A stretch of 64,000 nucleotides of DNA from Eremomyces bilateralis CBS 781.70. Its lineage: Eukaryota. This document shows, piece by piece, positions 1 to 12,406 of the stretch. The notes under the pieces were generated by a model that worked only from the letters and a program-made list of their open reading frames with translations, was not told the origin of the DNA and did not search any database. Numbering within the stretch: the first letter of the stretch is position 1; every line of letters starts with the position of its first letter. Made by a program: the position numbers and the translations under genes. The stretch lies in the NCBI GenBank assembly GCA_010015585.1, contig ML975151.1; one strand, 5' to 3'.

Positions 1-1489
1 TCCTTACGGGAATTTGAAAAGAGAATACGCAGGTGGTGGCATTGTAGCATAGAAAATACTGTTTCGGCGTTGAAGACATATTCCGAGTGATGTGCTAAAA
101 TCGGCTCATCAGCAATCAGGCAGTTGTAATTTTGTGTTTCACAAAGTCTCGCATATTTCAAAGTGACTGAAAAATCTAGTGAATATGAAACTATAAGAAT
201 TACAGTATGCCTGGAGCCTTTGGGCTGTTTTGAAGTCGAAGTAGCTCGATTTCGTTCCAGCATGAGGGATGTTCCATCACGCCGGGGGGGAGGTTAGTTA
301 ACGAGCAATGAACCAAATAGTGTAGACATATTGTGGAATAGACTCTAGACATCGTCACCAAACTTGTGGCCGTATACAAGACGCCTATGGTAAGTATGTC
401 TAATGAGGATAGCAGTTAAACCGATTGCAATTGAGCATATTCGTAAACTCCCCATGAGTCAAGCGTATTCACTAGCCATTTCCGTAACGAGACTAGAATT
501 CTGGTTTGGGATGAGGCTCGATTCTTTTGTTCGGTTGCCCAGTCGGCCGTCGACTCCGCATGCGGTACTTGAAACAAAGAAAATAATGAAGAGAGACGCC
601 AACCCCTCCACAAAAAGGATGCACACCAGAATTTAGGCCTTGAATCCATCATGAGCTTGGCCGGATTCATACTTCTCTATTGGAATAGCTGATAACGAGT
701 GGGATAGTGGTAGGGGGTTTCTCTTGCTTATTCATCCAGGTCAATCACCGGATCTCAATTCAATGGAAGCAATTTGGTAGATCATTAAGTAACGATTACG
801 TCGTGGATCCTAGCGTACAGTGAGGGAGTTCAAAGAGGTGGTTCAGACCGAATGGGACCGAATTACACTGAGCCAGATCCAAAAAATGGATCTCAGAGAT
901 GCGATGGCGATGCGATCAAGTTATTAAGCTAGAAGGAAATCATATCCAAAATGATTTGTGGTAGAAATTGAAATCTTGATAACTAACTAGTTGATCAGTT
1001 GATCTTTTATATTTGGTGCACGTGCCCCGGGAAGTGAATAAACTACCCCTGGTGAAAGGGGCCAAGCTCTCCGGTATCTAGGCAATCTTTGGACGCTTTT
1101 ACTAGCGAACTCTTTAGTTAAGGCTTGTACGACTTTGCTCCACACGGATCGGAATCGGTCTAATAAGTTAGCCGGCCTACATGGACGCCTAGTGCCTAGT
1201 GGTTCACATCGGCGCTGTAGAACGCCGATACGGAGGGGATACGGACTGGTGACGATGAAATTTTAGTGGAAGGTGTCTGGTGGTGGGTGGGTCCAAGGGC
1301 ACGGATGCCGAGTTTGAAGGCGGATGGTTATTTGTAAATTGTAATGCTACCTTAATATTTCCCTACCCCTAAATAGTAAAGACATACATAGTATCAACTC
1401 ATGGTTCTATACTCACAGTAGTTGTGATCTAAAGCTTGATCCCTCGTTAGCAGATCCTGGAGGAGAAGGAAAAGGCGCATTCTCCAACC

Positions 1490-2629
1490 ATGGCGGTAAG
1501 TCCACGCCTCAGGATGTCTAACTCAAGAGGTATTGTCGTCTCACAGCCCTCACAGACCCCCATCGAAGAGACCGAATCCCAAATCGGTACCTTCTCCATC
1601 ATCCAGTGGATCCATACCCTCCTCCACCGCTCCAACCCCTCTCCCCCCTCCTTCACCCCCCTCTCCACCACCACCCCCGACCGCCTCTCCCACTCGCAGG
1701 CCGAACAGCCCATCGACCTGGACTCATACGACCCCTCGGCCCAGAAAGACACCGTCCTCTATCTCGCCTACGGCTCCAACCTCTGTGACGCCAAGTTCCA
1801 GGGCGACCGCGCCATCCGCCCCCTCTCCGCCGTCAACGTCCACGTCCCATCTCTTAAACTCGCCTTCGACCTCCCCGGCCTCCCCTACATGGAGCCCTGT
1901 TTCGCCAACTCGAACCTGCGCGACCCGGAGTCCGATGAGAAACACCCCTCAGAGGACAAAACGGACTCGGACAATAGTGATGAGAACGACGGTGCGGGCA
2001 GCGCGCTGCTTCCAAAAGACCCGCCACCCAACCACCGCAACACCCCCTGGACCAAAGGCCTCGTCGGCGTCGTCTACGAAGTCACCCCCTCCGACTACGC
2101 GCACATCATCGCGACCGAAGGCGGCGGCGGCAGCTACCATGACATCGTCGTCCCCTGCTTCCCCATCGACGCAAACCTCCCCTCGCTCCCCACCCCAACC
2201 GCCCCCTCCTTCAATGCGCACACGCTGTACTCCCCGCCGCTGGATCCGGGCGCGGTCGGTATCCCGCGCCCGGATCCGGGATACGCGCAGGCGTCGGCGC
2301 GGTATCTGAAGATGCTGGCGGACGGGGGGAGGGAGCGGGGGTTGCCCGGGGATTATCGGAGGTGGTTGGAGGGGTTGGAGGCGTATACGGTGACGACGAG
2401 ACGGCAGCGGGTGGGATCGGTGGTGGTGGGGGTGGTGTGGTTACCGATGATTGTGTTGCTGTTTGTGTTGACTCGGGTGTGCCAGGGGGCGGATGGGAGG
2501 AGTCCCGGGTGGTTGGTGGGGGCTCAGAAAGCGGTGTTTCAGGCGGTGTGGGTGAGTTACGATACTATATTTAAGTCGGTGTTTGGGGATGGGGAGAGGA
2601 CGGTACATGATGGTGAAAAGGATTGGTGA
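1490..2629 (+). CDS. GliK-like gamma-glutamylcyclotransferase family protein with C-terminal membrane anchor
   Basis: Intronless ORF with the GGCT motif YLAYGSNL, FDLPGLPYMEPCFAN, LVGVVYEVT..DYAHIIATEGGG and a C-terminal hydrophobic helix. The exact start codon is uncertain. Confidence 0.8.
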   Translation: MAVSPRLRMSNSRGIVVSQPSQTPIEETESQIGTFSIIQWIHTLLHRSNPSPPSFTPLSTTTPDRLSHSQAEQPIDLDSYDPSAQKDTVLYLAYGSNLCDAKFQGDRAIRPLSAVNVHVPSLKLAFDLPGLPYMEPCFANSNLRDPESDEKHPSEDKTDSDNSDENDGAGSALLPKDPPPNHRNTPWTKGLVGVVYEVTPSDYAHIIATEGGGGSYHDIVVPCFPIDANLPSLPTPTAPSFNAHTLYSPPLDPGAVGIPRPDPGYAQASARYLKMLADGGRERGLPGDYRRWLEGLEAYTVTTRRQRVGSVVVGVVWLPMIVLLFVLTRVCQGADGRSPGWLVGAQKAVFQAVWVSYDTIFKSVFGDGERTVHDGEKDW

Positions 2630-2967
2630 TATTGCTGGAAGTCTAGTAGATCCCTCATAGCATTTTGAGCCTTGAGCAAAACGACAGAATCAAACCCCCA
2701 AATAGTAAAAGCTGGTCCACCTCGGTGGTGACCCCGAAACCCTACGGGTTTGCGAATTATTTTTCTGTGGCATCTGGAATTCCAGCGCCGCTGATCTTTT
2801 GCTATGTGGGTGCTAGCCTCTGTAGTCGAACCTGCGTATGCATCTAACAAGTGAAACCCGGCCTGCGTGTCGGATCTGAGAACATGCTTAACCGGTGCAC
2901 CACACTCTCAGGCCACCCACATACGTTTGAACTTGGGGAAGTTGGGTAGATATAGTAGATGCCGGGG

Positions 2968-2987
2968 NNNNNNNNNNNNNNNNNNNN
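2968..2987. other. Assembly gap (N run)
   Basis: Run of n characters. Confidence 0.99.
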
Positions 2988-3163
2988 ATTGCTTGGAAAT
3001 TCATTCACTGGAGGATGGATGATGTCTCTAAACTCTTCGCCAGAATCTACAAACCATACAGCATAATTATATAGGATAACCAAGGAACTCTTTGATTACT
3101 ATATCAATCCCACTCTGAATCAACACTATACATCTCAGTCTGTGCAGTATCACGTCATCCTGC

Positions 3164-5434
3164 CTAAAAGAACACCACCACCTCCCCCCTCTCATTCTTC
3201 CTCAACCGCAACCCCCGCCACAACTCCTTCTCCTCATCCCCCTTACTCAACAACGTCCTCCCCTCCCTCCCCACTCCATTGCCCTCCTCCCCATGCCCGC
3301 TCCCATGCCCGCTCCCATGCCCATTACTCCCCATCTGATACCACCGCTCATACCGCTCCCGATGCCACCGCTTCAACGCCTTGTTGACACTACACCCCCG
3401 CTCGCTCCCGGGGCCCTTCGTCACGAATCCCAAAAACATCTCCTGCCTTGCCGACGCCGTCGGAAACAAGCTCGTCAACCGCTGCGCCGCCTCCCCATCC
3501 TTCCGCACCCCAGTCGCCGCCCCGTTCCTATCCCCGCTCCCATTCGTCTGCGCCACCCCCATCCCCGCCACCCCGTGCGGATGCAACACCATCGCCCCCG
3601 CATCCCGCTCGGCGCTCCGCGATCGATCCCGATGGTATTCGATCGCCTTGAGCTTTCGAGTCGGCCGTCCGTCGCTGTCATAGCCATTCTCTTTGATCGC
3701 GCGGCGCTGTTTTCTTCGGCTGCGCCGCTCGCGATCGTGCTCTCGCTCGCTGTCGGTGTCGCTGCTCTCGCTACGGCGGCGGCGTTCGCGCTCCAGGTGG
3801 GTTTTGTGCTTGCGGACCATGACGAGCGCGCCGTCGGCGGTGACGCCGGTGGAGGCGGTGGCGTTGGTCTGGGCGGAGGAGCCCGAGGTGATGCGGCGGA
3901 TGGTGTCCGTGACTCGTGATCGTCCTCGCTCCTTGTCCTTGTCCTTGTCTTTATCTTTCTCCTTCTCCTTCTCCTTCCGCTGCTCCCGCTCCGCCCGCCG
4001 CTGCGCTACATCTCGCACTAACCGCGAACTCTTCCCTTTCGCCTTTTCCTCTTCCATCCCCGCCTCCCGATCTCGCTCCCGCTCCCTCCACGCACGTGAC
4101 TTTCGCACTTCCTCGGACATGAATCCTCCGTCCGCCTGCTTCGCCCGCTTCATCGGACTGAGCGGACTGTCCTGGACGGCGCCTCTAGGGTAGTCAGGCG
4201 ACCCTGGGAACTCATGCCGATGGAGCAGCCGGGACAATCCGCCGGTAAGCCCGGTATGGAGGCCGGGCGTTGCTTCCAACGCGTCGGCCATGTGGATGTC
4301 GGCGGTGTGCGGCAGCGCGGCGGAGGTGGGACCGGAGTGCGCGTGATGGTGCTGGCGGGCGGAGAGATCGAGGTCCTCGACCGGGGCGCGCTTGCGCTTC
4401 TTCTTGGTGGTGCTGGTGCTTGGGGTGTCGTGGTCGAGGGACTTGGTGCGGTGGTGAGCGGGGGCCGGGGTCACGTATTTATAGTTTATAGCGGGTGCTC
4501 CGGGGGTGCGTGCGGAGGGTGGAGGAGGTAGGTCGTGGCTGTGGCCGTTGGGATACGGGGGAAGGGTGCCGTAGCTGTCGAAGCGGTCGAAGGTAGGTGG
4601 GACAGGCGCGGCGCCGTAGCCAAATCCGGATGATTCGTATTCTCTTTGAGAGGTAAATTCGGGGTGGAGGTCGTGAGGAGACTTGGATTGGAACTGGAAG
4701 GGGTTGGCTTTCGAGTCGTGCTTGTCCGAGTGCTTGTCGACCGACATGGTGTCTTGTTCCGGTTCTGTTTCCGCATGAGGCGCGTGGTCGATCATCCGCC
4801 CGTTCTCCTGTTCCAGCGCGAGAGTGTCGCGAGATTTGTTGTCGACGAGGAAGTCAAAGACATTGACGGGTGGTGGACTCGGGGCTGCGGGCGGCGCATC
4901 CACAATTGCGACGGTACCGGAGTCGACATCGAGGGCATCTTCGACATATGGTTTGCGAGGGACGAGGGATTGCGACGCGCCATTTGTTGTACGCGACTGC
5001 TGTTGAGCTTTGGTTTTCTTGCCTTTGAAAAGAGACCCTTCGTATTTTTGCGCTTCGGTTATACAGCTCTGAGAGGGAAATATGATCAGTTACTGGCCCA
5101 AATTGAATTTTCAATCGCATTTTGATCCTGAGATTCGTTTGCACTCGGTTTGCTTGTTGACGGGTCCGTCTGTTGCAGTGATGGTACATACGGTATGCGC
5201 TCGATAGTCTGTCCCATGGAAATAGGTATGGCAGTCGATACAAGTGTACGACGCGCCTCGACACTGGTTCCTATGCGGATCCAACTTCTTCTTCGTGAGA
5301 ACATCGCCGCAGTTCTACAACACCGACATCCTTAGGTTAGCACAGGGCAATTTCGCATCGGGATTCTGACCCGACCGCCTCGCGCAAAGGGACCAATCAA
5401 CCGGATGGCGTACCTCGCATGAAAACGACACCAT
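3164..5434 (-). CDS. LYAR-type C2HC zinc-finger nucleolar protein (3 exons)
   Basis: Manual splicing gives MVSFSCE|NCGDVLTKKKLDPHRNQCRGASYTCIDCHTYFHGTDYRAHT|SCITEAQKYEGSLF, joining the 3164..4903 ORF. Both introns are GT-AG, and the N-terminus is the LYAR zinc-finger pattern. Confidence 0.9.
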
Positions 5435-6851
5435 GATGCACCGGATGCAGGTTCTGCTGCTGCGAACCCGTGCTGGATTCTGGTCTTGCAGTAGTCGGTC
5501 CCACTGGTCGCTCGCGTGCAAAAGTCGTGTCTTGGTGGGATTGGAAGATGAGGGGAGATGAAGGGAGAAGCGGTGTGTATCGGGATGAGAGAATGAGAAA
5601 TGTGATTCAGGGATGAGAATTGGGAAAAGGGACGAAAGTGGAACGGGGGTGGTGGTGGTGGTCAATGTGGTGGTGGTGGAGACGAGGGGCAGCAGGGAGG
5701 AAGAATCTGAAGCGCTTCACCCCCTTACGCTCCACCACTCTGACCTCACCACTCACTTCCGTCCTCCAGGGACTATTATTACTACTGACTACTCCGTAAC
5801 AAGTAACAATAAACTAACAAGTAACAAACAACACGCTAAGCGAGTAATCCTGCGCGTTTCGGATTAACCGCTCATCGCCAGTCCGCCGTGCGAGTCTGCA
5901 TCGGGTGAAACCAGCCCTATATCCCCTCCTTCCTATTACTCTCCCCTACTATCGAACATGCGACCAACGCGGATTGGCGAGAGCCATCTGCACTCCTGCA
6001 GGCACTCCGAGATTACTCGAGCGATTCGGGGATTGGCATGCTGGCCTTGCATCCTCCCGCTTGCTGCATGCCGCATGATCCAGTCACGCGTAATCCATCG
6101 TCACCCTTGTCGATATGACGAAGCTAAGCCCTCCAAAGTCCAACCCGGGGAATGACCATAGGACGAGGGCCACCCCATGCCGTGATGTTTGGTGGTCATC
6201 GGTCATCCGTGGCTGTCGTGCCGTCGTGATGGAGCCGAATGTGGCTGACTGCATCGGGATGATCGGACTGGGATGCGATCGACATGCAATTTCCGTCGCG
6301 AGAGAGAAAACATGTGGACGGGTTCCGATCACTTGGTGAGCTAGGAGACTTCCGATTGTATCGCGATGGGCGTGATGTTGGAAGGTTTTTGGTTTGGATG
6401 GAATACTGCTGCTCACAAGACACACCGACCAAGGGTGTGTGGTCGGCTCCTAGGGATCGTGAAGGAGGGCAGGTGGCGGGCCTTGCCAGGTAGAGCTGTA
6501 GAAGAAGTATCTCCAGAATCATCCAAGGGTTTATCAAAGATAATACTCGATCTCACAGTACGACTGTTGAGTAGCGTATAGCTAATAGGACCATGAATGA
6601 TGTGATTCTGAGGGAATGCCTTATTCTTCACCCAAATACTGAAACTGACTGGAGCAGAGCGAGTCCGTGGAGCAGAGCGAGTCCGGTAGCAAATTGCTAG
6701 GAAAAAACCAAGATATGCATTAAACTATCTACTAATCAGAAGAAACTTCTCCCTCGCTGCACTTCCGCTCCCCCATAACACCACACCCACCAACCATAAA
6801 CCCCTACTATCCTACCTCGTCATCCATCCCCATCACCCGATCACCCTCTAC

Positions 6852-9800
6852 CTACAACACCTTCCCCGCTACTGCACTCTGACTCCGATCCTTCATCTCC
6901 ACCTTCTTCAACCCCTTCCCCTTTTGAATCTGCCCCAACAACGCCCCCCGATCCGGCGCTCCCCCCATCGACGGTGCCGGTGCCCCTCCCATCGGTGGTG
7001 GGGGAGGTCCTCCCATTGGGGGCGGCGGAGGCCCTCCCGGCGGGGGCGGAGGCGGCGCCCCTCCCATCGGCGGCGGAGGCGGTCCGGGCGGCGGCGGCGG
7101 CGACGACACGGTGATAGCGGGCGAGTCCGGGCGGGAGCCCTTGTTGTCAGTGGCGGATAGCGGGCGCGGGGGACCCATGGTGCCGAAGAGGATGGAGGCG
7201 AGCTGCTTGGCGGAGCCGCCGACGGGGGAGGGGCCTTCGTCGTCGGACGAGGAGGCGTCGGAGACCACGGACCAGNNNNNNNNNNNNNNNNNNNNNNNNN
7301 NNNNNNNNNNNNNNNNNNNNNNNNNNNNNNNNNNNNNNNNNNNNNNNNNNNNNNNNNNNNNNNNNNNNNNNNNNNNNNNNNNNNNNNNNNGGCGGGGGCT
7401 TGTTGTTGTTGGAGGCGGTGGAAGGGGTTGGTGGAGACTTCGGAGGAGGGGGTGGAGGTGAGGGTGGTGGTTTGGTTGCTGTCTTGCGCCATTTTCTTGA
7501 GGAACGGGTTGCGCGTCTCGGTGTCCGTGACCGGGGGACTGGTGACGGATGGCGGGCTGCTGATAGAGGAGGGAGGCGGGCTGGTTTGCTGCGGGATGGA
7601 GAGTGGGGGTGCGGCTGGCGGAGAAATCTGTCGCGGGAGCTCTTGGCTGACGGTAGGCGTTGTGTCTTGTGGGGTCAGTTCTTGCGGCCCTTCGTCGTCA
7701 GAGGAGTCCTCGTCGCCCATGTTCTGAAGCTGCAACTGAAGTTGTCGCTCTCGCTCCTTTGCCGCCTCAATCTCGGCTCGTTGCGCTGCCATTCGAGCTT
7801 CTTTCTCCTTGGCATCGCGTTGAGTAGCATGACGGCGTTTTTTCTCCTCTTCCTTCTTTAGCTTGCCTTGCCTCACTTGCTCCTCAAGTGCACGCAACCG
7901 CTCCTGGGCAGCCTCTCGCTCCCGCGCGAACTCGTCTTCCTGCTTACGTGCTTCCTCCCTGATCACTGTTAGACACGTTAGGTAAAAGCTGGTATGCCAC
8001 TTACTCAAGTTCCTTCCGCGCAATCTCTTGAGCATTATGCTCCTCACGCAACACCTTCTCAGCTGCCTCCTGCTCCGCTCGCTTAGCTTCCGCCTCCGCG
8101 TGCGTAGTATCCACTTTCCCTTTCCGCGACGGCGGAGGCGGCGGCTTCTTCCCAGCAGCTGGCTTGGTCGCCGGAGGAGGCACTCCGCCCTCATCCTGCA
8201 GTCTGCGCTGTCGTTCTTCCTCACGCTTAGTATCTTCAGCCTCAGCTTGACGAAGGCGATCTTCGCGCTCCTTTCGTTCTCGCTCGGCACGCTGCTGCGC
8301 AGTCTCCGCCGTGGGAGAAGGCGTCGGTTTGGGTCGAAGCCCGAGGGCAGCCAATCGCTCGGCCATGCGCTGTTCGGCTTGTTGCTTGATGAATGCTGCG
8401 CGCTCCTCGGGAGACTTATAAGATGAGTATGTCCCCCCGGTGCTACTAGCCGAGGGCGCAGGAGACGGAGTCGGCTCGGGGGATTTGGCAGGACTCTCAT
8501 AGCGGGATGTTGTGGGATGACGAGATTCCGTTGCTCGGGGTGGTCCATCAGAGAGGCTACCGTGGTCTCGTCGAGAGCTGAGAAAATTAGTCCTTGCCCG
8601 TAAATTATTTCCGGCGACTTACTCTTCTTTCCGAATCCTCGTAGATCGGCTCTCCCGTTGCAACTCGTAGATAAAATCACGCACTTCATCTTCTACACCA
8701 AGTCCATCCCCCCACCTACGGCGCTCATGCTCCGTACTAGAATCTTCTGCGCCTTCTTTTAGGGATCCTTCCAGACTCTTACCAAACTCGCCGACAGAAT
8801 CTTCCACGTCCCTGACCATGCGTTCGTTATTCTCTCTCTCGGTTCTCACCTTCGAGCTTTCTTCCTCCAATCTTCTCGCGGCAGCTTCGGACTCGTCACC
8901 GCCCGATGCTACGGGTCGGCCGGTTAATACCGCTGACCTCTGCTGCATCATCGCTTTGGCCTTCGCTTTCAACCGGTCAGACTCCGTGATCGCGCCACCG
9001 GGCCCCGTCCCAAAGATGGCAGCAGCTGCGCCGGGATGGGCCTTTGCATCCTTCAGCCGGAAGAGCTCCAGCTGCGCGTCCGCTATTGCGCGTTCGGTTC
9101 GCCGGACGTTGGATGCGAGCTCTGGTAGCCGGTCGGTCAGGTTTTGCAACTGACGTTTCATCGTTCGTCGCTCGGCACTCGAGTCTCCGGAGCGGACAAA
9201 CGCATTCGGATGGGTGTCAATGTCTTCTTGAAGGCGACGAATGCGTCGATAGAGGTCATCGGCGTCGCGTCGGTCCTTTCGGTCCAGCGCCTCGTCTTGC
9301 TCGGCTTGATTCTCATCGCGAAAGTCGATGGCATCGAGAAGAACCTGTTTCTCACGGATCAATTTCTTGAGTTGCTCATTAGAAAACTCTTCAATTGACG
9401 AGACCGGCGATCCTGGTTGTGCCGGGGATGGTGAACGGCCACCAGCACCGATACGATGCCGAGCACTCGATTTATACCCGACATGATCGTCGTTATTCTT
9501 AAACACCGTGGCGTCCTTCCGTCCTGCAACCCCAGGACTACCTCCACGGAACGATTGCGACTTCAAGTAGCTGACTCCAGTCTTTTGTGGCTGGAGGAAC
9601 GCCCCTGAGCTCTTGCGCTCCTCGGCATCTCGCGCAAGCAGAGATTTCATCGAGCCGATCGTGTCGCTGAAATTTCGGGTGGATGGTGGCGTCAACTCCG
9701 CTGGCAGTCGGTTTGGTACGGGATAGCCATTCAACTTGCGGTAAATCAAATGCATGGAAACCGCGAATTCGTCCATGTTCAGACGCCCTCTGTCATTCGA

Positions 9801-11347
9801 ATCTGAAAGGGTCCAGATACGTTCGAGGTCCGGCTTGTCCAAGCCACTCTGCCCAAAAATCTCAATGGCTTGCTCGCCAGTGATGTATCCTTTTCCGAAG
9901 CCATCCCATGCCTTGAACAAGTCATCGTAGATCTTCTTTTCGCCCTTAGTCACCGCCCATGGCACCGTCGCGTTGCCACGAAGCCCTTGCGTGGTGAATC
10001 CACCTTCACGGCCAGATTGCGGCATCATACGCTGCTGAAGGGTATCGATGTTGGGAAGGCCTGTGGCCGGGTTGTTGGCAAGACCCCATTGACCTGGTAT
10101 TCCGGTAGGTTGGGCGTTTAGCGGAGCAGCCATTCCTGTCGGTTGAGGGCCGAGATTTGAGCCGAAGCCAGTTGGCATCGGTGGCATTGGCGGTCTTGGT
10201 CCAGTATAGCCCTGGCCTGGCGTTTGACCAGGGAAACCCGTCGCCTGCGGTTGAAGCCCTCCCATCGATTGCTGGTTCTGCATATTGTTCGGGGCTGGGT
10301 ACCCTGGAATCTGCGGCATCATTCCCGTCGGTTGAGCAGTCAACTGATTCAGAAGCTGCTGGTTGGATTGATTCTGAGGCTGAGGCTGCTGAATGGTTGG
10401 CGGAGACATGTTGGTCTGGCGAAGCGGACCGTCGAAGCTTGGTGCATTCGTTCGCGAGGAAGGCTGAGGCGCGTCATCCGGCACCCCAAAGGAGATTATA
10501 TCGACCATACTAGATACTTCGTTCTTGATACGGTCGGGTAAAGTTGTGGGGAGGGGCTTGCCAACGATCCTAAGGTTGCAGAGGTACATGGCAAGGGCAA
10601 ACTCTGGAAAGAGTAGCCGACCCGATTTGGTGGTATCGGCTATTGTCCTGGACTTCGTGTCAGACCAACCTCACGTAGATTCCCTTGTTCGCTGCCATAC
10701 CATATATTCGCCAGATCCTCTCCTGGCAAGTTCGAACGCATCAGAAGATCCTTTGCTTGGTCGCCACTCAAGGACTGCTCGTTCCCAACCGCGGATTTAA
10801 ACAGCTGCTCGAATTTCGCCTGATCCTCCGAAGTAATGAAAGAGAGCCGGATGTTCGGGATCTTTGACTTCAGTCCTGCCGAAGGGGCCGGAGAAGCCGT
10901 CTGAGCTTGTTTCGAGAGGAACGAATCCGCCATCTGATTCGATGTCATCCCCGTCTGTTGCGGCATCTGCGGCGCCGCTGGGGCCTGGAGAGACTGCTGT
11001 GGAGGAGCATTTTGGCCAAATCCGGGTTGTCCGGTCTGGAACGGCTGTTGCGGAGCGGTTTGGAAGGACTGGCCCTGCTGGCCCTGCTGACCCGGGAAAC
11101 CCGTGTACTGCTGCTGCAATTGGGGTTGCGGAGGAGGTTGTTGCGGAGCACCTTGTTGCTGCTGGCCTGGAAACCCGGTATATTGAGACTGTAGCGATTG
11201 TCCGCTGAATCCGGTAGGCTGTGGGCCAAAGTTACCGGGCTGCTGTTGGGGCTGCTGTTGGAACGGAGGTTGCTGTTGGCCGTAGGGAGGCTGGTTTGGT
11301 CGAGCGCTGTTCCCGCCGCCTAGATAGGCACTCGAACCGGAAAACAT
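6852..11347 (-). CDS. PAN1: Actin cytoskeleton-regulatory complex protein Pan1 (EH domains, QxTG repeats, coiled coil, polyproline, WH2)
   Basis: QPTG/QYTG repeats, two EH domains ([34 protein letters not shown]), coiled coil, PPPPP tracts and the WH2 motif [18 protein letters not shown]. Three GT-AG introns restore one frame. The gene contains an N gap. Confidence 0.95.
7276..7390. other. Assembly gap (N run) inside PAN1
   Basis: Run of n characters in a low-complexity coding region. Confidence 0.99.
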
Positions 11348-11665
11348 TGTGGGAGGTATACGCCAAGCACAAATGCAGAGGAATTCAAGAAATGCGGAAC
11401 AATACAAAAAATGACTGAAGAAAGGGTGAGATTGACGTTGTAGGAGTATCGAACAGGAGCTCGTGCAGTAATTACGAGATTACGACGATGGTCGAAGCTT
11501 GAAGATTTAGCACCGCCACATACACGTGTCAATGCCGTGTGTCAGCCACCCGTGATTTGATGGAGATTACAGAGTCGATCGAGGTGATGACATTCTTTCC
11601 AACAGCATCGACGGCATCGGATTTGAGAACCATTCAGCCGTCACAGAGCGCTCCAGTCAATCAAT

Positions 11666-11969
11666 ATGACTGAGAAACACAATGGAGAGTCTGCAAATGC
11701 GTCGGTGGAAGCAGATTTCGCTCAGGTACTGTGTTTGATTCTCAGGACTGATAGGATCACCTTTTCTTACTCTACTACAGGCGTTGAAAGAGCTGACCAG
11801 AGGCGAACAAACTGCTGCCGCTCTCGAGAATCACTTGACTTCTTTGGAGAGTAAAATCGAAGAGTTACTTGCACAGTCGTCAGAGGATCAAGCTACTGCG
11901 GAGAAAGAGAAGGAATCAAAAGGCCCCGATGCTGGTAGCTCGTCAGGGGACAAGAATGGTGGTCCATGA
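11666..11969 (+). CDS. Small (~82 aa) coiled-coil protein of unknown function, 2 exons
   Basis: Exon 11666-11725, GT-AG intron 11726-11780, exon 11781-11969. Product MTEKHNGESANASVEADFAQ|ALKELTRGEQTAAALENHLTSLESKIEELLAQ has a heptad pattern. Divergent from PAN1. Confidence 0.75.
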
Positions 11970-12406
11970 GTTCGGATCGGGATTTTCATGAATGATGTAA
12001 TGGACTTCTAGAAAGCAAGAATGACGTTCAGTTATTTCCTCAAGGAAGAAGACTTAGACAGCTACGTTATGATTCCATAGTAGAACGGTCCGTTATCTCC
12101 ATGCCATGGTCAGCACCCCGTCACTAACAGGATATCATAAGCTTATGATGACTTTTTCTAGTCCTATCAGCTACATGAATTAGTGACATGATCATCATTC
12201 TCTGTGGGCACGACTTTGACGGCGAAGTTGCTTCAAATATGACAGTCGTGGACTCGAGCTACCTTAACTTTTGAAGAGAACGCAATAATACTAATGAGAT
12301 ATCTTGATTCTCGCAAGCATATCGGTCACTATAATCCATCTGAAACCATTTATTATTACTTCTCCAAGAATTTACCCTACGGTACGCTTACCTCGGTCAT
12401 ACCTAG

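Noticed and set aside
1..1440. Short ORFs (403..636, 416..670) in the AT-rich start of the window
   Set aside because: No recognisable motif and frequent stops in all frames. I cannot support a gene or transposon call.
6650..6685. 18-bp tandem duplication tggagcagagcgagtccg x2 downstream of PAN1
   Set aside because: A simple local duplication with no further structure.
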